Position numbers and translations under genes: made by a program. DNA of 63,703 nucleotides, filler included. It is 13 parts of 13 records of this genome, joined end to end, with 100 filler letters (N's around TTAATTAATTAA, not from the genome) between each part and the next. Parts side by side here need not be neighbours in the genome. Positions count along the whole stretch, not along the records: positions 1 to 6,782 come from SRR9188676_2312; positions 6,883 to 31,023 come from SRR9188676_2324; 11 more parts are not named here. The stretch is one strand, 5' to 3'. Below, in pieces: positions 1 to 11,429 of this stretch. The number at the start of each line of letters is the position of its first letter. The first letter of the stretch is position 1. The notes beneath the pieces are model-generated. The model did not search any database, had not been told where the DNA came from, and saw nothing but the letters and a program-made list of their open reading frames with translations.

Positions 1-1249
1 TTCAATCCTAAAACAAATCATCAATAATTAAAATCCTCATTTCATCAAATTATTAATCATAATCAAAAAAATCAAACATAATCAAGAATCAAGAATATAT
101 TCGCTGAGTGCGATGACCTGGAGGAACCGCCTTCCAAGCTGCCTTTGAAACCATGGCCATGAGGCTGGTGAAGTATTTCATGGGAAAAGGTACACAAGAG
201 CACGACCATCGTCACGGCACTGGTCCTCAAAGGTGCCTTTGACATAATCAACTCAATCCGAGCGGAATGCAATTTCGAGAGCTGGATTGAGCGTCTTGCG
301 TGTGCTGCGTGAGCCGAAACTCATCAGAAGAAAGGGGGGAAAAATGAAAACAAGCACTTTTCTTCTCGTCGATTTTCTATATATTCGCCTTGTCAAACTG
401 TACGAAATGGTTTGTACTCACATTTTCTCGTCTATTTTCACTCATTATTCTCTGTCTCCTTTTCTTTGAATATAATCGCAGGACTTGCTCTTCTAGTTTC
501 TGTCATGTTCGCTTCTCGAGCTTATTTTGCAAGAAGGTTCGGGATTGCATAACGACCAAATTTGAATCGTATTTGATTGACTCTATATGACTCTTACAGA
601 AAGACCCTCTATATCCCCAGACGCTGCTCGGTAGTTCGTCAGGAGATTCTCAATCCCGCTGTACCACGAGCCGAAATAGCCCACAAACCATAACAAGTGC
701 CTCGATTCCCAATATCAATACTATTTTTGAATAGATTCTCATTTTCCTTTCCCCCCTCTCCAGGCGGTCGCATCCGCCCTGAATGTTCGGGCCCAAGCGC
801 TAGGACAAGACGTTCGAGGCGCTCCGGACGTTAAAAGAATTATGAAAATGAGCTTCCAAAAAAATCTTGAGTTGAGATCACCACGTCTGTTTCCCCCCTA
901 TTCCACCTTCTCCCTTCTGATCTCGAAGATGCTGCCAAGGCATCTGAGCGAGTCATTCGAGCAGTCCACAAACTTGACGATATAATCTTTCTACGCTCTC
1001 TACTCAATCAAACGAAGGAATAAAAACTATCTATTCACTTCCCTGTACTGGTACAACCCTTTCAAAGGATATTACATGTCTATCCTCAAGGTAATCATTG
1101 TTTTTATAAACATTCTGATATTTTATCATCCATCCTCACGCCAGCTTACTCTTTTCCGTTGCATTCGTTTTATTTATGAGAATGTGTGTCGACTGGTTCC
1201 CAATGACGAAATGTTTGACCATATGTTTCGAAACCTGAGCGGCGAGGGA

Positions 1250-3060
1250 GGCCTTAGGTTCCCAAGATCACCCAGGGATTAAATTATTTTTTCTTTGTAC
1301 AGCGAGAACTGTACAACGCCAGACCAAGTCAGACTCCTGCTCGACTCTCTTTCACCTGGGAGAGCGCCGTGAAAACATCTTCTATTTCTCAGTGCGAGAG
1401 TACGAGTCCGCGATATTCCAGATTGTCCTCATCTACATAATCCTCATGTAGAAACGGAGGCAATTGCCATCATATTCGATTCTTTGAGCCATTCCGAATA
1501 GCTGCGTTATCTTGAACACGTTCTTTTTGCAATTCGTAGACTCTCCATTGTACCGTATGCTGCAGCCGGTCATGGCTCGCATTTCCCTCTGCGTTCCCAG
1601 GGTAGTGGCCCTGATGTACCAGGACACCTTTTTGGGCGTGCTGCCTCTGCTGAGCCTGCTTCCGAGGATGTTCGCTTCTTCTGTGCTTTCCTACTGAAAA
1701 TTATCGATTGGACTAACTCCTCGGAAAAAATATTTCTGGATACCGCGGTTATTCGAGCTATGTTTCGACAGAACCATCGTCCCGGTTATGTTGTGGATTT
1801 GCCGGTTTTGTATTGAAACATTTTTGGCTACACGGTCCCCATCTCTCCGAGAAGCACACCGAGAATGTCGTTGGTGTTGAGAATGAACGAATATAGATCA
1901 ACAAATGGTGTTCGCGCCTATTGATTCTGTGGAAAGATGATCTTGGACCCTCTTCCCAGTTCGCGATTCGAGCCGAGGAAGTCTAACACTGGATAACAAG
2001 GTCCAACAGCCAGCGTGGTGAAATTCGTGATGAATTTCGCGAAGAACTGCGGAGCACTACCGGCCATCAACTCGATGAGCTGGACAGCTTCATGCGTCTG
2101 GGACGTTCACAAGGGACGATTTGTCGGGCATTCACAAGACTCTAACCGCACGTACACAGCGGCCTCCCTGAGGGCTCTCTCTCTCCCTCGATCATGTGCA
2201 TACTCCCTCGAACCCCAACGATTGCGGGACTAGCCCACCAGAGCAGCAAAAACAAGGATATAGGTGTCAACTGTGGTCGCATTCGCAGTCGAGCTCGCTG
2301 CCGGGAGAATGTCCGGATCGAAGAAAATCGACAAATCGAAAATGTGTAGTCATTTGGCAGACTGCTTCAGGTAGGCATTCAGGACGTATACACTCACATC
2401 CTAGTAGATCCATCCTACCGCGCACATCTCCGATTCATATGGAGAGGGGTGCGCACTACCAGTTCCGAACAATGCCATTCGGTATCTCGGCTGCCCCGAG
2501 ATTGGACAAAGGTTTGCCGGCCAGCAGTGGCGGCGCTAAGGGATATTTCGTTGCCGGCTTGAATGTGCAGGAGTATCTTCGCAGGACATAAGGCTAGCAA
2601 TATACTGATCGACTTACTCATCAGAGCCAGGTCAGAGGGAGAGGCAATTCTTCCGGTGAAGCAGCGTTGAATTTCCCAGTGTTGAATTTCCCTTCCGTCC
2701 ATGGTCTGTTCAGCATACAATGACCAGAAGGGACCCTCACTCACTCGTGACTCCACCGCGACGCTCACCCTTTCGGACTCATCCCACTTCGACAGAGCCA
2801 GCTGGTCCTCCACCATCATCAATACGTGCACGTGCACATGTCCTTCACGCTCCTTCTCCGCCTTCCCGCACCCAAACTACAGAATTATGCCGTTCGGCGG
2901 TAGAGTGTTCTCGGCGGCACATGTGAGTCACTGTCGACGGCGCCGGTCTACTCGCCCCGGCTGTCAGTACTACAGCACCGGCCTGGCATCCCTTAGCTGA
3001 CGATTCAGTACCTGGAGAATCGTAGGAGGCGGCGCAGACGCAAGATGGCCCTCTATTACA
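1250..3060 (+). mobile_element. Decayed DIRS-like retrotransposon remnants (RT/RNase H region)
   Basis: Across a frameshift near 2380-2500 the sequence reads DVYTHILVDPSYRAHLRFIWRG / HYQFRTMPFGISAAPR, a typical RT segment. A second RT-like trace (DSPLYRMLQPVMAR...LMYQD) lies at about 1530-1630. Many stops and frameshifts. Confidence 0.6.
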
Positions 3061-5179
3061 CACAGGCCAACGTCAAATATTCTTAACCTTCCAAAGGACA
3101 CACAGGCCAACGTCCACCCGTTAGATCTATTAATCGGAAGCGTGTATTCTGATTGATCCATCACCCGCTATAGATCTATCATTCGATTGTGACGCCTGAA
3201 TTCTGGGTGATGGTGACATCTATAGGCGGCAAAGCTCACCGAAGACGAAATGAAGCGTTCCAAGATCGCTCTGATGAAATCTTCCAATATGCAACGGTAT
3301 ACTGTCCTGGTCGCAATACGCTCGAAACCACACTACCAAAACCTGCGTGTCTCTAGCTGAAGTCGAAAGTATCTCGAAGCGTGATCCGACTGAGGCTATC
3401 TGCAAGGCTGCTCTCGCTCAAAATAGGGTTGCTTTGCAATACCTTTCCGCTTCGTACTGTCAGATAGCAGTTGTGTAGGTCTTTCGTGATCAAAAATCGA
3501 AGGGATTTGTGCCATTGGAATCCCATTGCCTTATTTCATCTGGCTCTGGCGGGAAAAATGAGGCTCACATGTAATCTGCTTCGGGGGAGGTACGAAAGAA
3601 TCTTGACTTAGCAGATGTGTATGGGTTGGGTATGAGTATGAGTTCGGACATGGCTATCAGGATTTATCACTTTTTGCGCCACGAGGTTATTCATTTCGTC
3701 ACTTTTCCTCCCTTCAGTATACAACGGGCGTATTTTTGTTGGATGACGCTTAATAGCCTCGGTTTGTCATGATCTGTGTGATTTGTCGAAACATCTCATC
3801 TGTATCGCTCCATGTATGCGAGAGTTTATCTTGCCAGACAACTATACCAAGGAGTATGGACATGAGTCACAGGCATTGGATTCTTAAGCGTGCATCTGTG
3901 TGGCGATTGTATTGGCGGATATTCTGACAAGAATGCATTTTAGCTGCAGAGAACATCGACCAAGACAGGTTGGTCGCATTCTCTGTATAGGCTATTTAAT
4001 CCCCAGCTCTGCTACGACCTCTCGTCATGGGTGTTAGCCCCGAGGAGAATGCCTGTGCAGCGATGAAAATCACTCTTTGGCTCGAGTAGATGGCGAACTC
4101 GTCGAGGCTCTTCAGAATGTACGCTCTCTTGTTATTTACCTGCTTCTTTTCGTTCTTCGTGAATTTATTTGTTGAACAAATGAAAAGTCTCTACACAACG
4201 ATTTCCTTCCTCTTTTCATTTGGTTACTTGCCTCTTGGTTGATTGTATCTCCGTGTGTTCAGGAGCAGCCAAGAAAGCACGATCCCCACTGATGAGGATG
4301 CGAGTCTTCTATTTTCCTCCCTAAATACAATTAATAAAACTTGAACATTTTTTGTGTATTGTCATGGTGCTCTATAGCTGTTCGACGATAAACAGCGCTT
4401 CTTGACGGCTGTATAGTCAAACGGTCAACGACGACTAACGTTTATTAGCATAACGCCGAACAACGGTTTTTTCTGACGTCTTTCAGCGAGATTCTAAGTA
4501 TATTTTGCAGTTTTTGAACGGTGTGTTTATTCGCGTTGCTTGCCTTTTTTATACCGTCGTCAAAAGCACAGTGCACGCCAACGTTTTTTGACGTGTATGG
4601 GCGTGTATCAAGGTTGTTTCACGACCCCACTTGTGCAACAGTGACTTAACGTTTTTCTGCGCTGGGCAGCGTTCAGGAAAAACGACGAGCTAGTCTGGGG
4701 GGTATAGAAGGGCAAAATGGACACGGATATCAAATCCTCGAACATTTTACACTTTTTCTATCGGAGTCACGTCGTTTCGACAGATTGTCACGCCGTTTCA
4801 AACGTACATGCCATTCTTCTTTTGTTTTTCACATAGTTTCTGAGCTCTGTCACACGATTTCAAATCCTATTCACTCATTTTCATTCATATTCAACTTCAG
4901 GAATTCTCCTTGACGAAGCTTATACGAGAGGGATAATCGGTTGAACAACGAGCAAATCCTTCCGTTTTGAGGTCCTCTATAACAGATATGGTTTCAATTT
5001 GTGCACAAATGTTTGGCAAATCAAAAAACTCTCTATCTGCTCCAGACCATCATGTTTGTTCTTCCAACGGACCAGAAAACGGCCAAAATGTCACGATTGC
5101 GACTGACTTACCACACAATCTTACCACACCATGGTTCAAAGCTCTTCTTTCACGGACGCCGAGTAAGTGCAAATGTTCA

Positions 5180-5990
5180 TGATCTATCACACTACCGAAT
5201 TGGATCAGAGCGAAATAGCTACAAGTGTTGACGTGGATCGTACAACAATTTCCAAAACCAGACTGTGGAATAAAAAGAATCCGATCACGATTGATGTGGA
5301 GACGAATATGAGGTGATACAAGCGACCCACAATCGCGACAGGAGTCCTTATACTGGCCGAATCAAGAGTTTCTCGTTATCTGAGCGCGAAAAGATTCACT
5401 CTTTTTCACAAAGAAAAAACATCTAGACGCTTTCCCATATGATCATCTGAATCGTCTGGGCAATTTCAAAAAAATTGCTTCGCTGGCGACGATTCACAGA
5501 GAATCCCCAAGAATCTTCACAACCAGGATGCTGCAAATCCACACGAAATGACGAACGCTCAATCGCTCTCCGCAAGCAATTTGCTATACCACCTTATGTT
5601 CTGACATCATGTGGCGAACGAACTGTGGAGGAAAAGATCGTCTTTATGGACGAGGCGGGGTGGAATTTGCACATCATGCGTCGCATTGGCCGATCGCGGA
5701 AAGGTATCCGAAAAGTTTCTGTGTGTGCATCGCATCACCTTCACTCAAAAATTTGTGGAGCACACGCAGAACGACATCTACGACTTGAAGAGCTAACTGG
5801 CGATTATCGTGGGTATTTTTGATAACGCGCTCGCACATCCATGGGAATGCTTTCAAGCAACTGGATGATGCCGTGCTCTCCCACTTCCTCTACTCTCTTT
5901 TCTTCAACCAATGTGAGCGCCTCTTAGCCTACTGTGACATCGCAAGATTGCCAAGCTTGGTACCGTGACCTGAAGAACTACCTGGCGCCG
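5180..5990 (+). mobile_element. Decayed Tc1/mariner-IS630-type DDE transposase
   Basis: HTH-like SEIATSVDVDRTTISK, first-Asp motif IVFMDEAGWNL...GRSRKG, then FDNALAH and FLYSLFFNQCE (resembling PPYSPxLNPIE), spread over different frames. Confidence 0.7.
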
Positions 5991-6782
5991 AGCCTTGCGA
6001 TGGAGCCAAGTGTCTATGAGCTTCCTGTTGCAAGTCGAAGATCTGACCCACATTGTACTTGCGGGGACTTGGACTACTCTCCATTCTGTTGTGTGCCCTT
6101 TTGGCAATCACATTTTTTGTTGATGAACTTTTTGCTCTCCCTCCATTTGTTCGTGTTCATCAACTTTGCATTAATTCCATCCAGCTTTTAAAATCCGTCG
6201 ATCGACCTCGAAAGTATCCGCAGCCGGCTGTACCAGTAAAATCACCACATAATTACAAAGGAATATAGGAAGGAGGGATGAGTATCAAGGGAACCGAAAT
6301 TATTCTGATATCAGCGGCATTCTAGCGTGGCTCAGAATACAAAACGAACAGCCAAGACTGTTTTACCTCTCAGATATCTCAAGAAAGTCTAAAATTCGAA
6401 ATATATATCCCATATGAGCAATCACAGTACAGTAAAAAATGTCTGAATAAATTTCTGATCAGAAAATAAGTAACAATGTGATTGTCTGATATTTCATTTT
6501 CAGGGATTTACACATGTGGATCTCCAGCCATCATAGGAAAGTTAACATGACTATTCTGTTGCAATATTTTGAGATCAGAACACATCAACAACTGATCAGA
6601 AAAAAATGAGAAAATCATTCTTGTGGATCGCGCTTGGATCGCGTGTAACGGCTAAGGCTATCACTCTCCACACCATCATATCATTTGAAGACATCGTTCT
6701 GAATTAAGGACGAAAGTGAACGAGAATTCTTTGTGAACTAGGAATTATATGATATTGAAAGAAATTCAGATCATTTAGGAAA

Positions 6783-6882
6783 NNNNNNNNNNNNNNNNNN
6801 NNNNNNNNNNNNNNNNNNNNNNNNNNTTAATTAATTAANNNNNNNNNNNNNNNNNNNNNNNNNNNNNNNNNNNNNNNNNNNN
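6783..6882. other. Artificial contig spacer (first of 12)
   Basis: N44-TTAATTAATTAA-N44, which gives stops in all six frames. Identical spacers at 31024-31123, 34314-34413, 36974-37073, 41407-41506, 44305-44404, 46798-46897, 50476-50575, 53157-53256, 55262-55361, 58255-58354 and 61479-61578. Confidence 0.99.
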
Positions 6883-7168
6883 TATTACTAAATGCAAGTG
6901 GCGTGTATAAAGGTTGAAATGGCTTATCACTAAAGGTAAGTAGCATATATCAAGATTAAAGTGACATTTTACTAAATGGAGTACTCATATTCTACTTAAA
7001 AGAGATGCTTTGTAAGAATACTTCGATATGGTTTTTGTATTGTTACAAGGCTGAATGATAGAAATTAACGGATAGTGTAATTGGTTTGTTTATTCCAAAC
7101 TTTTACTTTTAGGAAAAACATAAATAGCCTATATAGCGAGTTAGTAGCAAGGCAACCTGAAGACAACA

Positions 7169-7969
7169 ATGACGACACAAATAATAATAGTTTTAATCCT
7201 GACCTTTGTCATAAACCTAATTACGACACTTTCATATTCAGTAAGAATTGTTGGTATTCGGACGGGACGAGTTGCGATTTCATTTGCCTTGTTTAACATT
7301 CTTGTTTTAGTTTCAAGGACAGCAAACGGTTTTCAAGCACCATTATTAGCTAAGACAGTTGAGAACGACATCAAAATTGGTGTATTCGATAACATTGAAA
7401 CATTTAGACTCATTATCTTGTCTTGTTCAATTGCGACAATTTTTGGTGGATTTCTCATCCCGACATTTCAAAGAGTTTTGTCTAAAGCTGTTATTAATTT
7501 CAGCATTCATAAATCAATGGGAAAACTAATACTTCATAGTTTCTCTAAAGCAGGTATTCTTTACTTCAAAGACAATTTGACTATCCCAGACAAGGACAAC
7601 ATCTCTCAAATAAAATTTGATAGTGAATTTCCTTGGAGAATATTTATTCTAAACATTTTTGCAGTTGCTATCTTGACAATTGGCGTTTTATCTGCTGTTT
7701 ACGCTTCATATCTAAATCCAGACTACAGGACAACTGCGAGTAATTTATCTGCTTTTATAAATGGTTTTGCGACAATATTAATGTTTGCATTTATCGACCC
7801 TCATTTATCAGCAATGACAGATGATGTAACATTAGGCAAATGTTCTGAGACTACTTTTAGAAAATATATTGTGTATATGACCATTGCTCGACTTTTAGGG
7901 ACAATTTTTGCTCAATTATTATTTTTACCAAGTGCCCAATTATTAGCGTGGACAGCAACACATATATAG
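7169..7969 (+). CDS. amj: Lipid II flippase Amj family (DUF2837) membrane protein
   Basis: 266 aa with multiple TM segments. Family motifs TLSYSVRIVGIRTGRVAISFALFNILVLVSRTAN..QAPLLAK and INGFATIL..FIDP. Confidence 0.88.
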   Translation: MTTQIIIVLILTFVINLITTLSYSVRIVGIRTGRVAISFALFNILVLVSRTANGFQAPLLAKTVENDIKIGVFDNIETFRLIILSCSIATIFGGFLIPTFQRVLSKAVINFSIHKSMGKLILHSFSKAGILYFKDNLTIPDKDNISQIKFDSEFPWRIFILNIFAVAILTIGVLSAVYASYLNPDYRTTASNLSAFINGFATILMFAFIDPHLSAMTDDVTLGKCSETTFRKYIVYMTIARLLGTIFAQLLFLPSAQLLAWTATHI

Positions 7970-8171
7970 ATAACAATGAATACCCAACTGCCAATATTAG
8001 TTGGACAATGTCATTAATCACATCTCCACGAGCGGTTTAATTAAATATTTATAAATTCAAAAAAGCAACAATCGCTTTATTTGTATCAATTACTTATTTT
8101 TAGAAAAACGCAAACATGCGTATATTTATGAGTTGACGGCAGCTTTAATGACATCTGTAATTAGACAAATA

Positions 8172-8483
8172 ATGGGAAACAAAAAGGTTTGCTTAGACTG
8201 TAAAATTTCATTTAATAGAGAGTTTGATAATGAGTCAGACCTAAAATATCCTTGTCCTGAATGTGGTAAATCAATGACACTTTTACCATATCGTTTTAGA
8301 CCACCCAAAAAGACAGATGTAAATAAATGGGAAGTTGTAAAATTTTTAATTGCCAATGGCTTTTATTATCAACACATTTCTGAACCAACAACAATTGACA
8401 ATACAAAATATGTTGAGTATCCAGACAATTTACGAGAAGCTAAAGAGTTTGTAATAAAATATAAAAACCAAGCAAGAAAATGA
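8172..8483 (+). CDS. Hypothetical zinc-ribbon protein
   Basis: ATG at 8172 (MGNKKVCLDC). CxxC...CPECG pair followed by FRPPKK..W. Confidence 0.7.
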   Translation: MGNKKVCLDCKISFNREFDNESDLKYPCPECGKSMTLLPYRFRPPKKTDVNKWEVVKFLIANGFYYQHISEPTTIDNTKYVEYPDNLREAKEFVIKYKNQARK

Positions 8484-8647
8484 ACAAATGGAAAGGTGCT
8501 TTTTCGATTTGCTTTACAACATTAATTCTTGTGTTAGCTTTAGGACTTAACTCAATTATTGACCAAGGACTCGCTTGTCTAAGTGTTTTTCACTTAGACC
8601 TACAAATAAATGCAGTCTCTGACTGCAACCACATGGTAACAATTTAA
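8480..8647 (+). pseudogene. Short (55 aa) ORF or truncated membrane-protein gene
   Basis: ATGA overlap with the preceding stop codon. Hydrophobic N-terminus MNKWKGAFSICFTTLILVLALGL. Confidence 0.3.
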
Positions 8648-8749
8648 TATTTTATAAAAAGCAAGCCATTGTTCATGCCTAACGAGCAATTTCATTAAAA
8701 ACATCCGCCACAACAAATTTTATGAGACGCTAATAGAGTAAAGAACCTA

Positions 8750-9493
8750 ATGAAAAAGCAGTTACATTTTCAAATCATCGAACCTGATAAATCAATCACT
8801 GATTTTGTTTATTGTTTTTCTTCTTTGCAAAACTTTTCAAATCAGCACGAAGCGGTGGTAATTCCTAATGGAAAAATTGATTTAATATTTTCAAAAACTA
8901 AAGAAAATCAAATCATTATTGCCTTATTAGGTTTAGAAACTAAACCCAAATACCCCAATCAAGAAGTCTCAAACTTTTTTTCAGTTAGCTTTAACCCACT
9001 TGCCATAGAATATATCTTCAATCTTTCAACAGCCAACATCATAAATACTGGAACAATATTGCCTAATGATTTTTGGAATTTCTCTATTGATGACTTGAAC
9101 GACTTTGAAAGCTTTTGTAAAAAAATTACACAAAAAATACACAGCCTTTTACCTGATAAAATAGATGAACGCAAACGTAAATTATTTCAATTAATTTTTG
9201 AGTCAAATGGCGAAATGCCTATCAAGGAACTTTCCGAAAAAGTGCTTTGGAGTCAACGACAAATCAATCGTTATTTCAATCAACAATTCGGACTTTCTCT
9301 AAAAACATATTGTAAAATACTTCGTTTTCAAGCCTCACTTCCTCACATACATAAAGGCGAACTATATCCGCAACTAAATTTCACCGACCAATCGCATTTT
9401 ATTAAAGAAATCAAACAGCTTTCAGGCGTTTCACCGAAAGAATTACATAAAAATAAAAACGACCGATTTTTACAATTTTTAGTCTGTGAGTAA
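8750..9493 (+). CDS. AraC-family transcriptional regulator (DUF6597-type N-terminal domain)
   Basis: VIPNGKIDLIF in the N-domain. C-terminal HTHs SQRQINRYFNQQFGLSLK and FTDQSHFIKEIKQLSGVSP. Confidence 0.9.
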   Translation: MKKQLHFQIIEPDKSITDFVYCFSSLQNFSNQHEAVVIPNGKIDLIFSKTKENQIIIALLGLETKPKYPNQEVSNFFSVSFNPLAIEYIFNLSTANIINTGTILPNDFWNFSIDDLNDFESFCKKITQKIHSLLPDKIDERKRKLFQLIFESNGEMPIKELSEKVLWSQRQINRYFNQQFGLSLKTYCKILRFQASLPHIHKGELYPQLNFTDQSHFIKEIKQLSGVSPKELHKNKNDRFLQFLVCE

Positions 9494-9523
9494 GCATAAT
9501 TTTACAGTCTAAATTTTAAAATC

Positions 9524-10687
9524 ATGTTATTACAAAATAAGCAAATAGCCATCATTGGCGGTGGTCCGGGTGGACTAACATTGGCAAGACTTTTACAACT
9601 TAAAGGTGTTAATGTAAAAGTGTATGAAAGAGATATTGATAAAAATGCAAGGGTACAAGGCTCGCCTCTTGACCTGCACGACGATTCTGGTTTAGCAGCT
9701 TTACTAAAAGCCAACTTATTAGATGAATTCAAAAAAAATTATCTAGTTGGTGCCGATAAAACTACCATTACGAATGCAATGGCAGAAGTAATTTTTAGCG
9801 ACCACGAAACCGAACAAAGTGAAGATTTTGGACACGAACATTTCCGTCCTGAAATAGACCGGGGGGCATTACGGAAAATATTATTAGACTCATTGCAGCC
9901 TGAAAATATTGTTTGGGATAGTCACTTTTTATCAATGGAAAAACAAGATGAGGGTTGGCTATTACACTTCAAAAATGAGAAAAATGCCTATGCAGACATT
10001 GTGATAGGTGCAGATGGAGCAAACTCAAAAATTAGACCTTACATCACTGATATAAAACCTTTTTATTCTGGTATTACAATGCTTGAAGGCAATGTATATG
10101 AAGCTGAAAAATATGTTCCAAACATTTCTGCAATACTACGTGGAGGAAAAATAATGGCTTTTGGCAATGAAAAAGATATTTTGATGGGACAAAAAGCTAA
10201 TGGTGAAATTGGATTTTACGCAAGTTTCAAAACAGAAGAAAATTGGACTCTAAAAAGTGGTTTAGATTTTTCAAATAAAGCACAAATACTTGAATGGTTT
10301 AAAACAACATATTCAGAATGGAGTAATGTTTGGCATGAGTTATTTGAAAATGCAACGACACCTTTTATACCTCGACCAATAAACTGTATGCCATTAAACC
10401 AAACTTGGGAAGCCTTGCCAAACGTGACAATCCTTGGTGATGCTGCTCACTTAATGCCACCTTTTGCTGGTGAAGGAGTAAATATGGCAATGCTTGACGC
10501 CTTAGAATTGAGTGAGCGTTTAACAACGAATCAACATAATTCTATGCAAGATGCTATTTCTTTCTATGAAACAAATATGCGGAAGAGAGCTTCAAGAATG
10601 GCAGAAGAGTCACTTGAAAATGGAGAACGAATGCACAGTGAATATGCACTAACAACAATGACCGCCTTTTTTAGTCAACAAGAATAA
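9524..10687 (+). CDS. Class A FAD-dependent monooxygenase, Tet(X)-like family
   Basis: IAIIGGGPGGLTLARLLQ, VYERD...AR..G..LDLH..SG, PEIDRG.LR.ILL.SL, GADGANS, GDAAHLMPPFAGEGVN. 387 aa, the length of Tet(X) proteins. Confidence 0.85.
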   Translation: MLLQNKQIAIIGGGPGGLTLARLLQLKGVNVKVYERDIDKNARVQGSPLDLHDDSGLAALLKANLLDEFKKNYLVGADKTTITNAMAEVIFSDHETEQSEDFGHEHFRPEIDRGALRKILLDSLQPENIVWDSHFLSMEKQDEGWLLHFKNEKNAYADIVIGADGANSKIRPYITDIKPFYSGITMLEGNVYEAEKYVPNISAILRGGKIMAFGNEKDILMGQKANGEIGFYASFKTEENWTLKSGLDFSNKAQILEWFKTTYSEWSNVWHELFENATTPFIPRPINCMPLNQTWEALPNVTILGDAAHLMPPFAGEGVNMAMLDALELSERLTTNQHNSMQDAISFYETNMRKRASRMAEESLENGERMHSEYALTTMTAFFSQQE

Positions 10688-10695
10688 GAAAAAAA

Positions 10696-10727
10696 TGCCG
10701 TTGCTAGTGAAAATACAAGCAACGGCA
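10696..10727. terminator. Hairpin between the convergent monooxygenase and frr genes
   Basis: TGCCGTTGCT-N12-AGCAACGGCA, preceded by an A-tract. Confidence 0.7.
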
Positions 10728-10790
10728 AAGAAATAATTCTAAATACTGCATTTCATTCCTAATTCAGCATTCACAACTCACAACTCTTAA

Positions 10791-11351
10791 TTACACCGAC
10801 ATAATATCTTTTTCCTTATCAGCAAATACTGCATCTACTTTAAGAATATAACTATCAGTCATTTTTTGAATGCGCTCCTCTCCTGCTTTCACAGCATCCT
10901 CAGAAACACCTTCGTTTTTCAATTTTTTAATTGAACTGTTCGCATCTTGACGAACGTTTCTTACATTAATTTTCGCCGTTTCTATTTCCGCTTTTACTCT
11001 TTTTACTAAATCACGACGACGCTCTTCAGTAAGTGGAGGAATATTTAAACGGATAATTTCGCCATCGTTCATCGGCGTTAAACCAATATTTGAGTTACGA
11101 ATTGCTTTTTCACATTCAGCAATCATTTTTTTCTCGAAAGGTTTAACAACAATTGTACGAGCATCAGGCGTATTGATTGATGCAGCTCCAGTAAGTGGAG
11201 TCATCATTCCATAATAATCTACTTGAATACCATCTAACATTGAAGGCGTTGCTTTTCCTGCACGAATTTTAGAAAGCTCAATTGCTAAGTGCTTGAGTGC
11301 TCCATCCATCGTTTCTTTGGCTGCATCAATGTAAAATTCTATTTCTTCCAT
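10791..11351 (-). CDS. frr: Ribosome recycling factor
   Basis: IRAGKA.P..LD.I.VDYYG and IPPLTEERRRDLVK motifs. Downstream of pyrH. Confidence 0.98.
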   Translation of the reverse strand: MEEIEFYIDAAKETMDGALKHLAIELSKIRAGKATPSMLDGIQVDYYGMMTPLTGAASINTPDARTIVVKPFEKKMIAECEKAIRNSNIGLTPMNDGEIIRLNIPPLTEERRRDLVKRVKAEIETAKINVRNVRQDANSSIKKLKNEGVSEDAVKAGEERIQKMTDSYILKVDAVFADKEKDIMSV

Positions 11352-11429
11352 TGTTTAATTTGGGATTTTCTATATTGATTACAAGGTTTTCGATTGAATT
11401 AGAAAATCTTCATCGGTTTACCTAAATCA

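Noticed and set aside
1-85. G-free first 85 nt (and G-poor 61579-62000) as strand-specific editing
   Set aside because: Both lie at window or contig edges and may be low-complexity or low-quality sequence. There is no paralog to test against.
10765-10790. Short heptamer repeats (TCACAAC-like), also at about 24752-24778
   Set aside because: Only 2-3 degenerate units of a kind common in Bacteroidota intergenic DNA, with no associated gene here.
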